From an uncultured Candidatus Saccharibacteria bacterium (GTDB lineage Bacteria; Patescibacteriota; Saccharimonadia; Saccharimonadales; UBA7683), in contig CAYNKQ010000003.1 of assembly GCA_964397855.1 (NCBI GenBank), positions 14,839 to 78,838 of the forward strand: 64,000 nt of DNA. The letters run 5' to 3'. The notes beneath the pieces were generated by a model. That model did not search any database, was not told where the DNA came from, and saw only the letters and a list, made by a program, of their open reading frames with translations. The position numbers and the translations under genes are program-made. Positions 6,824 through 16,643 of the stretch are shown here, one piece after another; the stretch's first letter is position 1, and every line of letters begins with the position of its first letter.

Positions 6824-9678
6824 AATTTAAAGCAAATAGCAGAAGAAGAGCACTAGAATACGAAAAGGATCTTGTTAAGAAATGGAAAAAGAATAAGACT
6901 TTTGAAAAGTCAGTACAAATGCGTCCGAAAGAAAATAGTTACGTATTTTACGATGGACCTCCGTTTATTTCAGGTTCACCGCACCACGGAACACTTCTGA
7001 GTTCGATAGTGAAAGATGTTGTTCCTCGTTATCAAACCATGAAAGGTAAAAGAGTAGAGCGCGTTTGGGGCTGGGATTGCCATGGCTTGCCAGCGGAAAG
7101 ATTCACTGAGAAGAAACTCGGTATTCACTCACGCCAAGAAGTTATAGAATACGGCATAGAAAAATATATTAACGCAACTCGCGAAAATATGATCCAAACC
7201 AGTAGCGAGTGGGAAGACGTAGTCGATAGAATTGGTCGCTGGGTTGAATTTAAGGGCGCCTACAAAACCATGGACAAAGACTACATGGAAAGTATCTGGT
7301 GGGCATTCAAAACTTTGTACGAAAAAGGCAAAATCTACGAAGGTGAAAAAGTACTCATGTACTGTATTTTGGACGGCACTCCGCTTTCTAAGGCCGAAGT
7401 CACTATGGATAGCGGTGCATATCAGGACGTTACCGATCCAAGCGTGTATGCAAAGTTTAAACTAGCCGGATCGGACGCAAGCCTGCTAGTTTGGACGACT
7501 GTCCCGTGGACATTGCTAGCAAATACTGGATTAGCAGTTGATAAAAAGGCTACATATGTTGAAGCCAAAGTAGGAAGTGAAACCTATATTACAGCTAAAG
7601 ACCTTCTAGAAGAGAGTCTTAAAAACGAAAAAGGTGAACTACCCAGCTATACGGTTGTCCGAGAATTCAAAGGGAAAGAACTGGTTGGTCAAAAATATGA
7701 ACCTTTCTACAAGGACTGGGGTAAAAAAGCTCACTATATTCATCATGCCGATTTTGTAAGTACTGAAGAAGGTACTGGAGTAGTGTCGCAAGCTCCTGCG
7801 TATGGTGAAGAAGATTTTGAACTTGCCAAGCAAAAAGACTTTCCAGTTATCTCGGTTATCGACAATAACGGTGTATTAACTGAGAGTGACTTTAAGGGTC
7901 GACAAGTGTGGGAGTGCAACAAAGAGTATGCAAAAGCTTTGCTAGAGCGAGATAAAGTGTACAGAATTCATTACTATCGTCACAGCTATCCGCACTGTCA
8001 TCGATGCGGCACTAAGTTAATCTACCGAGCTCATCCAAGCTGGTTTATGGACATAGAGGGCCAGCGGGAAAAGATGCTTGAAAAAAATGGCAATGTTGAA
8101 TGGTTCCCACGTCATGTAAAAAATGGTCGTTTTGCTAAGACTGTTGAAACTGCACCAGATTGGAATATTTCTCGTGATCGATTCTGGGCAACCGCAATGC
8201 CTGTTTGGAAGGGCACTGACAAAGACGGCAATGAGCATGTTAAAGTTATCGGTAGCTATGCTGAGCTTAAAGAGCTCTCGGGCAAAGAGCTCGATGATTA
8301 TCACCGTCCATGGGTGGACGACATTACGTTTGAAATTGACGGTGTAACATACACACGAATCGACAAAGTCATGGATAGCTGGTTTGAGGCTGGAAGCATG
8401 CCGTTTGCGCAGTTCCATTATCCATTTGAGAATAAAGAAAAGTTTGAAGCTAATTTTCCAGGTGACTTCATAGTCGAGTACATCGGTCAGGTTCGTGCCT
8501 GGTTTTACTATATGCACGCAATGAGCGTCGCACTATTTGGCGAAAATTCGTTTAAAAATGTGATCGTAACTGGTAACGTAGCTGGCAATGATGGTCGTAA
8601 GATGAGTAAAAGCTACGGTAATTACACCGATCCAAATGAACTTATGGACAAGTTTTCGGCAGATAGCCTAAGGTTCTTACTGGCCTCAAGTCCGCTTCTC
8701 AACGGCGAAGATTTTACTTTGCAAGACAAAGAGGTCGGTGACATTGCCCGCAAACTGAGTATGGTTTGGAATATGTACGACTTCTTTACAATGTACGCCG
8801 AAGTTGATGGATGGGAGTGGGATGGTAATCACGAAGACCCAACTCAGCTTTGCAAGAACCCGCTTGATACCTGGATCATCAGTCGTGTGCATCAATTAAC
8901 TCAAGAAGTTGAAAAACATATGGATGTATATGATATTCCAAATGCAATGAAACCAGTTCTACCATTCATAGAAGACGCTTCAAACTGGTACGTGCGCCGT
9001 TCTCGACGTCGCTTCTGGAAAAGTGAAGATGATAGTGATAAGAACGAAGCCTATAGGACGCTCCATTACATTCTGGTACAGCTCAGTATGGTCATAGCTC
9101 CGTTTACGCCATTTTTGGCGGAAGAACTCTATCAAAAACTCACTGGTGGTGAATCAGTTCACCTGCTTGATTGGCCAGAGGTTGGCCATGTGAATGAGCT
9201 GTTGATAAGTGATATGACCAAGCTCCGTGAATACGTAAATGAAGGTCTGAGTATACGCGCCCAGAACAAACGTAAGGTTCGCCAGCCACTCGCTTCAGTG
9301 ACAATCCCTGAAAACGGTACGGTATTCGATTTCGATGAAATTTTACAAGAAGAACTGAATGTAAAAGCAGTACAAGTTGGTGAATTTGCCCTAGACCTTG
9401 AACTAACTGATCACCTAAAACGTGAAGGACTTATGCGCGAAGTCATCCGCTTTGTTCAAAATGCCCGCAAAGACGCTGGTCTTAATGTTGATGATCGCAT
9501 ATATCTTTCACTCACAACGAATAATTTGGATCTGAAAAAGGCTATCGAAGAACACATGCAGACTATTGCAAATGAAACCCTCGCTACTAAATCTGGTGAA
9601 GCGACAGACGCCTATAATGTAACCGTTAAAGTTGAGGGCGAGGAGCTGAGCATCTCACTCAAGAAGGCAGAGAGCTAA
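6820..9678 (+). CDS. ileS: Isoleucyl-tRNA synthetase
   Basis: 952 aa class I aaRS with a HIGH-type motif (PHHGT), KMSKS, and a CP1 editing-domain-sized insertion. Confidence 0.95.
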   Translation: MKFKANSRRRALEYEKDLVKKWKKNKTFEKSVQMRPKENSYVFYDGPPFISGSPHHGTLLSSIVKDVVPRYQTMKGKRVERVWGWDCHGLPAERFTEKKLGIHSRQEVIEYGIEKYINATRENMIQTSSEWEDVVDRIGRWVEFKGAYKTMDKDYMESIWWAFKTLYEKGKIYEGEKVLMYCILDGTPLSKAEVTMDSGAYQDVTDPSVYAKFKLAGSDASLLVWTTVPWTLLANTGLAVDKKATYVEAKVGSETYITAKDLLEESLKNEKGELPSYTVVREFKGKELVGQKYEPFYKDWGKKAHYIHHADFVSTEEGTGVVSQAPAYGEEDFELAKQKDFPVISVIDNNGVLTESDFKGRQVWECNKEYAKALLERDKVYRIHYYRHSYPHCHRCGTKLIYRAHPSWFMDIEGQREKMLEKNGNVEWFPRHVKNGRFAKTVETAPDWNISRDRFWATAMPVWKGTDKDGNEHVKVIGSYAELKELSGKELDDYHRPWVDDITFEIDGVTYTRIDKVMDSWFEAGSMPFAQFHYPFENKEKFEANFPGDFIVEYIGQVRAWFYYMHAMSVALFGENSFKNVIVTGNVAGNDGRKMSKSYGNYTDPNELMDKFSADSLRFLLASSPLLNGEDFTLQDKEVGDIARKLSMVWNMYDFFTMYAEVDGWEWDGNHEDPTQLCKNPLDTWIISRVHQLTQEVEKHMDVYDIPNAMKPVLPFIEDASNWYVRRSRRRFWKSEDDSDKNEAYRTLHYILVQLSMVIAPFTPFLAEELYQKLTGGESVHLLDWPEVGHVNELLISDMTKLREYVNEGLSIRAQNKRKVRQPLASVTIPENGTVFDFDEILQEELNVKAVQVGEFALDLELTDHLKREGLMREVIRFVQNARKDAGLNVDDRIYLSLTTNNLDLKKAIEEHMQTIANETLATKSGEATDAYNVTVKVEGEELSISLKKAES

Positions 9679-9682
9679 CACA

Positions 9683-10369
9683 GTGTTTAAGGGTGGTGCA
9701 GTAAGCCCTGATGCGTATCTCCTTTTGATACTTGTCGTGGCTTTACTTACACGACTATTGTTTACGAGGTTCCGTCGGAGAACCAGCCTCAATATAATAA
9801 ACGGCAATAACCAGCCGTTGCTAAACTCGTATTATACAAAAGATCGAGAATTAGTTCCGTTAGATAAGGGTAGTTTTGGCCAACTGAAATACGTACTTTA
9901 TATGACTGGCTTCACGACACATAAGAGCTTCGCAAGAAATGGCAGGGAAGTTGTATCAACTACCGCTGACGAGGAGGTAATTATCTGCTGCGTCGATCTA
10001 CCATTTATAAGCAGCGCCCATCTTATCGGGCTGGCTAAAAATGGCAGTAGTACTACACTGCTGCGTGACTTTCTTGAGCAAAGGAACCTAGAAAAAGTCA
10101 ATCTGGAGGGGGATTTCCCAAGTTATGCTCACATATACACACCACCAGGTAATCAGGTGAATGCACGCTACCTACTTGATCCAGCTGCAATGGTCTTTGT
10201 CGCCGATTTCTGCAAAACACATCACTGGGAAATTGTAGGCAAATATCTGTATTTTGTAAGTAGCGACAAAATACAGGGCAGGATAGTAGATAAAGATCCC
10301 ACGCCAATCATGACGGAAGATGTCGAACGGTTTGTTGCGGAGATTAAACCAGCACTAGGGTCTGAGTAG
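9683..10369 (+). CDS. Hypothetical membrane-anchored protein
   Basis: 228-aa ORF with one N-terminal hydrophobic helix (AYLLLILVVALLTRLLF). No recognised motif. Start codon uncertain. Confidence 0.45.
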   Translation: MFKGGAVSPDAYLLLILVVALLTRLLFTRFRRRTSLNIINGNNQPLLNSYYTKDRELVPLDKGSFGQLKYVLYMTGFTTHKSFARNGREVVSTTADEEVIICCVDLPFISSAHLIGLAKNGSSTTLLRDFLEQRNLEKVNLEGDFPSYAHIYTPPGNQVNARYLLDPAAMVFVADFCKTHHWEIVGKYLYFVSSDKIQGRIVDKDPTPIMTEDVERFVAEIKPALGSE

Positions 10370-10490
10370 AATGCTGAACATATAATCTTTAAGGTCTAGC
10401 CTTGAAGAAAAATCTGAAACCTTGACTGAGAAATTTGATGAAGTGGCTAATGGTTACGAAATAACTGCGAGCACTGAATTGACTTCGCTC

Positions 10491-10521
10491 AAGGATGAAC
10501 CCTGTTGCAGGGTTCATCCTT
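10491..10521. other. Perfect 14-bp-stem hairpin
   Basis: AAGGATGAACCCTG (10491-10504) pairs with CAGGGTTCATCCTT (10508-10521) around a 3-nt loop. No flanking T-run, so it is not a classical terminator. Confidence 0.5.
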
Positions 10522-10582
10522 GAAAGGTGCACTGCATCAATAGTTATGGCCACGCATGAGATTTAAGTGTATACTTAAACAT

Positions 10583-10972
10583 ATGCAAATACCAACAGAT
10601 GCAGAATTTTCAATGCTTGTCGGCGAAGCGCTTGATCAACTACCGGAAAAGTACGTTTCGCGGCTAGAGAATGTGGTGATCACGTATGCCGATGAGCCAG
10701 ACCGGCATCAGCGAACAAAGCTAAAACTCAGAGGTCACCAAAGCCTTTTTGGGTTATACGAGGGAATTCCACTTACCAAAAGAGGAGCCAACTACAACCT
10801 GGTGCTTCCAGACAAAATTACGCTCTTTAAATTCCCGCTTTTCTATCACTCGAAAAATGAAGAAGATTTTAAAGCTCGGATAAAACACACCCTTTGGCAT
10901 GAGATTGCCCACTACTTTGGTCTGGATCATGATCGGATCCATGAACTAGAAAATAACCACTCTTTACAGTAG
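10583..10972 (+). CDS. Metallopeptidase-family protein (HExxH, zincin-like small protein)
   Basis: HEIAHYFG zinc-binding motif near the C-terminus. An N-terminal ...ALDQLPEKY...ENVVITYADEP pattern. The track ORF starts at 10556, but the ATG at 10583 is preferred. Confidence 0.65.
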   Translation: MQIPTDAEFSMLVGEALDQLPEKYVSRLENVVITYADEPDRHQRTKLKLRGHQSLFGLYEGIPLTKRGANYNLVLPDKITLFKFPLFYHSKNEEDFKARIKHTLWHEIAHYFGLDHDRIHELENNHSLQ

Positions 10973-11100
10973 TGGTTATATCTGTTACACTTGTCATCGA
11001 CTTGTTTAATAATTTGATATCAAAATTCTGACTCCGACTGGCGCAAAGTCAACTCGGGCAAGTCAAGCTCAGGGTTTTCGATTAAGGAAGATAATTAGAA

Positions 11101-11406
11101 ATGAAGAAAGCTGTTATTGTATCTGGCGGCCATCAATATATTGTGGCTGAGAATGAAAAGCTTGAAGTTGAGCTTGTTGGTGATGCGAAGACTCTAAAAT
11201 TCGAACCACTTATGATCATCGATGGTAATAAGGTACAGATTGGTCAACCCATTGTTAAGGGTGCTGCTGTCGAGGCAAATGTACTTGAAACTGGGGTTAA
11301 GGGTGAAAAAGTTACGGCTATTCGCTACAAAGCTAAAAAGCGCGTTAATAAGACTCGTGGTCACCGTCAACAACACACACTTATCCAGATCACTAAGATT
11401 TCTTAG
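11101..11406 (+). CDS. rplU: 50S ribosomal protein L21
   Basis: 101 aa. Typical L21 N-terminus (AVIVSGGHQYIV) and C-terminus (KKRVNKTRGHRQQHT). Confidence 0.92.
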   Translation: MKKAVIVSGGHQYIVAENEKLEVELVGDAKTLKFEPLMIIDGNKVQIGQPIVKGAAVEANVLETGVKGEKVTAIRYKAKKRVNKTRGHRQQHTLIQITKIS

Positions 11407-11521
11407 CTGTACGGGATGAGAATAAACTGAGCCTTCGGGCTCTTTTTAATTACTCTTTGAAATGTCATCAAACGGTAAAAACCTGTATAATAAGAACAAC
11501 GTTCGGAGGGAAACAAAACGG

Positions 11522-12271
11522 ATGGCAAACATACTGGCGGTTACAAACCAAAAAGGGGGCGTGGGTAAGACCACAACCACTATTAATGTCGCCTATAACC
11601 TTGCTAAAGAAGGCAAGAAAGTCTTGCTGATTGACCTTGACCCCCAGGGTAACGCCACCAGCGGGCTTGGTCTTTCTAAAGCTGGCCTAACTACTAGAGA
11701 TGTTCTCTCTGGTAAGGCTACGATTGTAGATGCAGCTAAGGAGTCTCCGTACCCAGGACTTTGGGTGCTTCCTACAGATGCCGAACTAGCGACACTAGAG
11801 ACCGAAATCGCACCAGCTAAAGATCGCGCCATCCGACTTAAAAAAGTACTCACAGATACAGATTACGATGTAGTTCTCATCGACTGTCCGCCAAGCCTGG
11901 GACTACTGACGGTTAATGCGCTTACGGCCGCAACCTCTGTAGTTATTCCTGTTCAGACCGAGTACTATGCTCTTGAGGGGCTCGGGCAATTACTCGAGAC
12001 TATGAAGCTTGTCCGTCAGGCACTTAACCCAAGGCTCGCAATTCTTGGGGTGGTTATGACGATGCACAATGCTCGCACAACACTCTCTGTTCAGGTTGAA
12101 GAGCAGCTCAGGAAAAATTTTAAAGAACGGTTGTTTGAAACAGTAATACCACGTAATATCAGAGTTGCGGAAGCGCCAAGTCATGGCAAGCCAATAGGTG
12201 AGTACGACAAATGGAGCAAAGGTGCTCGGGCCTACAAACAGTTAACAAAAGAAGTTATGGAGCGACTATGA
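11522..12271 (+). CDS. parA: Chromosome partitioning ATPase ParA/Soj
   Basis: Deviant Walker A KGGVGKTTTT and a DCPPSLG motif. The ATG at 11522 has GGAGGG upstream. The track ORF starts at 11462. Confidence 0.9.
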   Translation: MANILAVTNQKGGVGKTTTTINVAYNLAKEGKKVLLIDLDPQGNATSGLGLSKAGLTTRDVLSGKATIVDAAKESPYPGLWVLPTDAELATLETEIAPAKDRAIRLKKVLTDTDYDVVLIDCPPSLGLLTVNALTAATSVVIPVQTEYYALEGLGQLLETMKLVRQALNPRLAILGVVMTMHNARTTLSVQVEEQLRKNFKERLFETVIPRNIRVAEAPSHGKPIGEYDKWSKGARAYKQLTKEVMERL

Positions 12272-12365
12272 TGATAGATAACAGATATCAGCAAATAGCA
12301 AACGGTGTAAAGAGCACGCGACTCAGTCTATTTGCTGCTGTCTCTAGTCTCTCGGGAGTAAAGCG

Positions 12366-13232
12366 ATGAATGCAAAGGGGCTTGGCAAAGATTTCTCGGC
12401 ATTAATTCCAGATGATATGCTTTCTGAAGCACTCGCCGTTGGTGCATCAGCCGATCAAATTCAGCAGATCTCACTTAAAAAACTTGCTCCAGACCCTCAG
12501 CAACCTCGCAAACATTTTGATGAAGAAGCGCTTACGGAGCTCGCGGGTTCAATAACACAGCATGGTGTTGTTCAACCGCTTATCGTAGCCAAGAACGGCA
12601 GCAGCTACATCATTATTGCTGGTGAACGTCGCTTTAGAGCAGCTAATCAAGCTGGCTTAGCAGAGGTGCCGGCTATAGTTCGTTCATTCGGCGAGCAGGA
12701 AAAACTCGAAGTTAGTCTGATTGAAAATGTTCAGCGTGAAGATCTCTCAAAGCTAGAACTTGCCGCGGCATACCTGAAGCTTCACGATCAGTTTAATCTT
12801 GAGTATAAAGAAATTGGAGTCCGCGTCGGGAGAAGCGAGTCAGCCGTTGTGAATATCATGAGGCTTTTGAAACTTCCAGGAGATGCAAAGAAGGCTCTTA
12901 ACGAAGGACTTATTACCGAAGGGCACGCCCGTCAAATCGTTGCACTTAAAACAGAAGAAGAACAGCTCAGGCTACTCCAGCTTATAGTCAAAAATGGCTG
13001 GACGGTAAGACAGGCGGAGCAATACGTTGTTGGTCACAAGAAGGCCGCTCAGACCGAAAAAGGGAAAGAAGGTGTTAAGCGGACTCAAAGTGAAACTGCT
13101 GAGACAAAACAGCTTTCTCAGCGACTCAAGACGCCAGTACTAGTTAAGCATATGGCCAAAGGCGGTCAGCTTGTTATCAAATACAAAGATGAGTCACATC
13201 TTGAAACGCTTATAAAAGAGTTGCTAGGCTAG
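12366..13232 (+). CDS. parB: Chromosome partitioning protein ParB/Spo0J
   Basis: ParB box IIAGERRFRAA and an HTH region. Follows parA. Confidence 0.9.
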   Translation: MNAKGLGKDFSALIPDDMLSEALAVGASADQIQQISLKKLAPDPQQPRKHFDEEALTELAGSITQHGVVQPLIVAKNGSSYIIIAGERRFRAANQAGLAEVPAIVRSFGEQEKLEVSLIENVQREDLSKLELAAAYLKLHDQFNLEYKEIGVRVGRSESAVVNIMRLLKLPGDAKKALNEGLITEGHARQIVALKTEEEQLRLLQLIVKNGWTVRQAEQYVVGHKKAAQTEKGKEGVKRTQSETAETKQLSQRLKTPVLVKHMAKGGQLVIKYKDESHLETLIKELLG

Positions 13233-13245
13233 ACACACTAATTCT

Positions 13246-13968
13246 TTAGAAGAACCGTGCATCGTCAAGTGGGAATATTCTAACCTTCAGAGTGCCAATT
13301 ATGAGCCCTTCTGGAACAGTACCAAGTTCATTACGTGAATCAAGAGAGTTGCTGCCTTCACGATTATCGCCGCTGACAAACACGTGGTTCGCCGCTACCG
13401 TTACATCGTTGGAACCACTTGAAGCAGGCAGGTCTTTGCCGTAATCTGCATCATCTGGGTTAAAACCCTGGGGGTGCTCTTTATTGTATACGGTGAGCTT
13501 TCCATCCTTTACGACAACACGTTCTCCAGGGAGACCAATGACACGTTTAATGAGTTGTAGATCTGAACGCTGCGGATCAATAAATACAATAACGTCTCCT
13601 CGTTGTGGCTGGTAGTCTTTTCGCATTAGCTTTGAGCTAGTGCGGCCGACCTTAGAAATAATGAGGCGATCACCGTCGTGCAAGGTGGGGTACATGCTAC
13701 TGCCAAACACTTTGTAGCTTTGAAATAAGAACATATTGATAACTTGCACAAGCACAAAAGCCGCTATGAGTGTCAGTGCGAACGAAAATACACCGCCTCC
13801 TGCAGCTATTTTTTCTGTTTTCATATCATCTTGTGTGTTAGTTATGGGTGACTGGATGGGTATTTCAGTGGCTTTGAGGGGTTCGGTGTTTTGTGGAGAT
13901 ACTGGCACAGGGCCGCTTGTCTGGCTCGTTGTGTCAACTTCGGTAGTCTGTGACTCATTCTCTTGCAT
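13246..13968 (-). CDS. lepB: Signal peptidase I
   Basis: Catalytic Ser box GSSMYPTL, Lys box IKRVIGLPGE, GDNREGSNSLDSR, and one TM helix. Confidence 0.9.
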   Translation of the reverse strand: MQENESQTTEVDTTSQTSGPVPVSPQNTEPLKATEIPIQSPITNTQDDMKTEKIAAGGGVFSFALTLIAAFVLVQVINMFLFQSYKVFGSSMYPTLHDGDRLIISKVGRTSSKLMRKDYQPQRGDVIVFIDPQRSDLQLIKRVIGLPGERVVVKDGKLTVYNKEHPQGFNPDDADYGKDLPASSGSNDVTVAANHVFVSGDNREGSNSLDSRNELGTVPEGLIIGTLKVRIFPLDDARFF

Positions 13969-14052
13969 ATTAGGCTCAGTATATCAGCTGTAATTGTAAA
14001 AAGCACGTCTTTACCAGAAGCCATAAAATGGTTATACTAACGTCAAGTATTT

Positions 14053-15741
14053 ATGCAAAATAAACGACGCAAATCTGGTAGTGCTATGGATGGTTTTGTC
14101 CCGAGAAATCGTGACAACGCTTCTAAGCGTCTAACTTTAGACAATGTAAATCGTAAACCGACCGCCCATACTACAGACGGCTTCGTCCCGCGGGAACCAC
14201 GGTCTACACAGCCACTAGCGTTAAAAGACGATGAATGGGCAGATGAAAATACCCTAAATATTGCAGATACCGGGGCTCTCGATCTTTCAACTGATGGAAC
14301 AGAACCACTAACTAAATCAAAGTGGTGGCAGTTTGGCAAAAAACGCCGTATAGCCAAAGGGAAGTCTGAGCCTTCTCGCCGCAAAAAGATCATAAAACGA
14401 ATTCTTCTGGTTGTGCTTTTGGTGTTTGTACTTGTTGGCGGGTTTGTTGGCTGGAAGGTGCTCAAGAATACAACCAAAGTATTTAACGGTAACATACTTG
14501 GTTTGCTCGACACGACAAAGCTTAAAGGGGAAAACCAGGGTAGGGTAAACATACTACTTGCTGGAACGTCTGAAGATGATCCAGGTCATGATGGCGCCAA
14601 GCTTACCGATTCTATTATGATTGTTAGTGTTGATGTCGTTACCAAGAAGGCCTTCATGATCAGTGTTCCACGTGATCTCTGGGTTGATTACCAGACCCGA
14701 GGCTGCTCGGTTGGTTATCAGGGTAAAATAAACGCCGTCTACACCTGTGGTGAGCAAACTAACTTCAAGGCCGACGGTTATGCAAGCGGCGGAATGGGCT
14801 TGTTGAGCAAGGTGGTAGAAGACAATTTTGGTCTTACTATGCATTACTATGCCAAGATCAACTACACCGCCTTCAGGGAGACCGTCGATACGGTTAACGG
14901 TATTGATATAAATCTTCAAACCAATGATCCAAAAGGAATACTTGATAGAATTTTTGACTGGGAGTGCAAGTATAAATGCTACAAGGTTAAGTATCCAAAT
15001 GGCCCGTTGCATCTCAATGGAGAGCAGGCGCTTGACCTTGCTCGCGCTAGGGGTGATGGCATCGGGTATCCAACGTATGGTACTAATAATGATTTTGGTC
15101 GTACAGAACGTCAGCGTCAGATGCTTGTAGCCCTAAAAGACAAAGCGCTTTCGATTGGTATCTTAAGCAACCCAGCCAAGCTCAGCAGCCTGCTTGATTC
15201 TGCTGGTAATAATGTCGATACAGATATTAAGACCAACGAGCTTCGTCGCATGTATGAAATTGGAAAAGATATAAATAATCAAAATATCAAATCGATCGGC
15301 CTAGCAGACGAGGATGTCTCGCTGGTTGAAACATTCCGCGCCGTCGATGGCTCAAGTGCTATTCGCCCTGTTGCTGGAACTACAAATTACAGTCAGATTA
15401 AGGCTTATATCAAAAAACTCACAAGCTCTGACCCAGTGGTGCACGAAGGCGCCAGCGTCGTTGTTCTTAACGGAAGCGGTGTTGCGGGACTTGCTCAAGG
15501 TAAAGCCGATACGCTATTGGCTAAAGGAATTACTGTCCCTGCGGTTGCCAACGGTACTGCGCGAGATGCAACTGTAATTGTTGATCTCAGTAAAGGCGCC
15601 AAGAGCGGCACTAAGTCGTATCTCGAAAAGCTATACGGAGTAAAGTCGGTCACTACTACGGCTACGGCTCCAGAAGCTAAAAACTATCAATCGGACTTTG
15701 TGATAATACTTGGCAAGAACGCTGCTGCCGTATCTAATTAG
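14053..15741 (+). CDS. LytR-CpsA-Psr (LCP) family cell-envelope phosphotransferase with a C-terminal LytR_C-like domain
   Basis: 562 aa with a basic N-terminus, a TM helix, and LCP motifs (NILLAGTSEDD...LTDSIMIVSVD...ISVPRDLWV, GRTERQRQ). Confidence 0.85.
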   Translation: MQNKRRKSGSAMDGFVPRNRDNASKRLTLDNVNRKPTAHTTDGFVPREPRSTQPLALKDDEWADENTLNIADTGALDLSTDGTEPLTKSKWWQFGKKRRIAKGKSEPSRRKKIIKRILLVVLLVFVLVGGFVGWKVLKNTTKVFNGNILGLLDTTKLKGENQGRVNILLAGTSEDDPGHDGAKLTDSIMIVSVDVVTKKAFMISVPRDLWVDYQTRGCSVGYQGKINAVYTCGEQTNFKADGYASGGMGLLSKVVEDNFGLTMHYYAKINYTAFRETVDTVNGIDINLQTNDPKGILDRIFDWECKYKCYKVKYPNGPLHLNGEQALDLARARGDGIGYPTYGTNNDFGRTERQRQMLVALKDKALSIGILSNPAKLSSLLDSAGNNVDTDIKTNELRRMYEIGKDINNQNIKSIGLADEDVSLVETFRAVDGSSAIRPVAGTTNYSQIKAYIKKLTSSDPVVHEGASVVVLNGSGVAGLAQGKADTLLAKGITVPAVANGTARDATVIVDLSKGAKSGTKSYLEKLYGVKSVTTTATAPEAKNYQSDFVIILGKNAAAVSN

Positions 15742-15818
15742 GATCGCGTTTTTCTATCCGTGTGATTTGAGCGGAATGTGTCTAAAAACACTCTGCGGAT
15801 GGTATACTGATAGGCGAT

Positions 15819-16586
15819 ATGCTACAAGTAAAAAAGAGTTTTTGGGGAAAGAGACCCGGTTTCGATTTAGGTGATTTGCTCCACATTGGTGTAAATCTTG
15901 GATTTGTCGGTGTGATATACGCAATGGTTGTCTACTGGGGCCTCGCCCCGTTAGCGGTCCTGCTAGTTGTGCTTAGCAAGTGGCGTGTTTTGGCGGTGCA
16001 GCCTCGTTTTTGGTTGCCGAATATTAAAGCCAATCTTGTTGATGTGATTGTAGGGGTGAGTACAATTATTCTAGCCAACCAGACATCGGTGAAATGGGTA
16101 TCACTTGTATGGATTGTCCTGTATGTTGGTTGGTTGCTATTCTTGAAACCTCAGTCTCAGGACATATGGGTCGGTCTGCAGTCCTTCTGGGCTCAACTTG
16201 TGGGACTTCTGGCTATTTTTATGGTTGGATCACTCCTTGCTCAGCCGTTTCTTGTTTGTGCACTTGCATGGTTGGTTTCATGGGCATCGGCTCGTCACTA
16301 CTTTAGTAATTATGAAGAGCCGCACTATCGCTCGCTCGGTCTGGTTTGGGGTTTCTTGGTGACTCAGCTTGTATGGGTTAGTTTACATTGGATCCAATAC
16401 TACGAAATTTTTTCCATGAAAATTTCTTTAACTGTAATTATTGTTTCAATAATATCTGCAAGCTTGGGAGGTATTTATCACGCCTACAAGAAAGACACGC
16501 TTCAGCGTGGAGTGCTGATTGAAAATGGATTGTTCGGTGTAGTGCTCATAGCTGTAATTTTAGCTACCGCAAGGTTTGCGACCTAG
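15819..16586 (+). CDS. Polytopic membrane protein, function unknown
   Basis: 255 aa with roughly 7 hydrophobic helices. No recognised motif. Confidence 0.5.
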   Translation: MLQVKKSFWGKRPGFDLGDLLHIGVNLGFVGVIYAMVVYWGLAPLAVLLVVLSKWRVLAVQPRFWLPNIKANLVDVIVGVSTIILANQTSVKWVSLVWIVLYVGWLLFLKPQSQDIWVGLQSFWAQLVGLLAIFMVGSLLAQPFLVCALAWLVSWASARHYFSNYEEPHYRSLGLVWGFLVTQLVWVSLHWIQYYEIFSMKISLTVIIVSIISASLGGIYHAYKKDTLQRGVLIENGLFGVVLIAVILATARFAT

Positions 16587-16643
16587 CCTTAAGCTTTTTC
16601 TCAGTTTTTGGGCGTACAATTAGTACTTGACATAAGGGGGTAT

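Noticed and set aside
14664-14675. parS-like TGTTCCACGTGA inside the LCP gene
   Set aside because: Only the central half matches TGTTTCACGTGAAACA. The right arm is unrelated.
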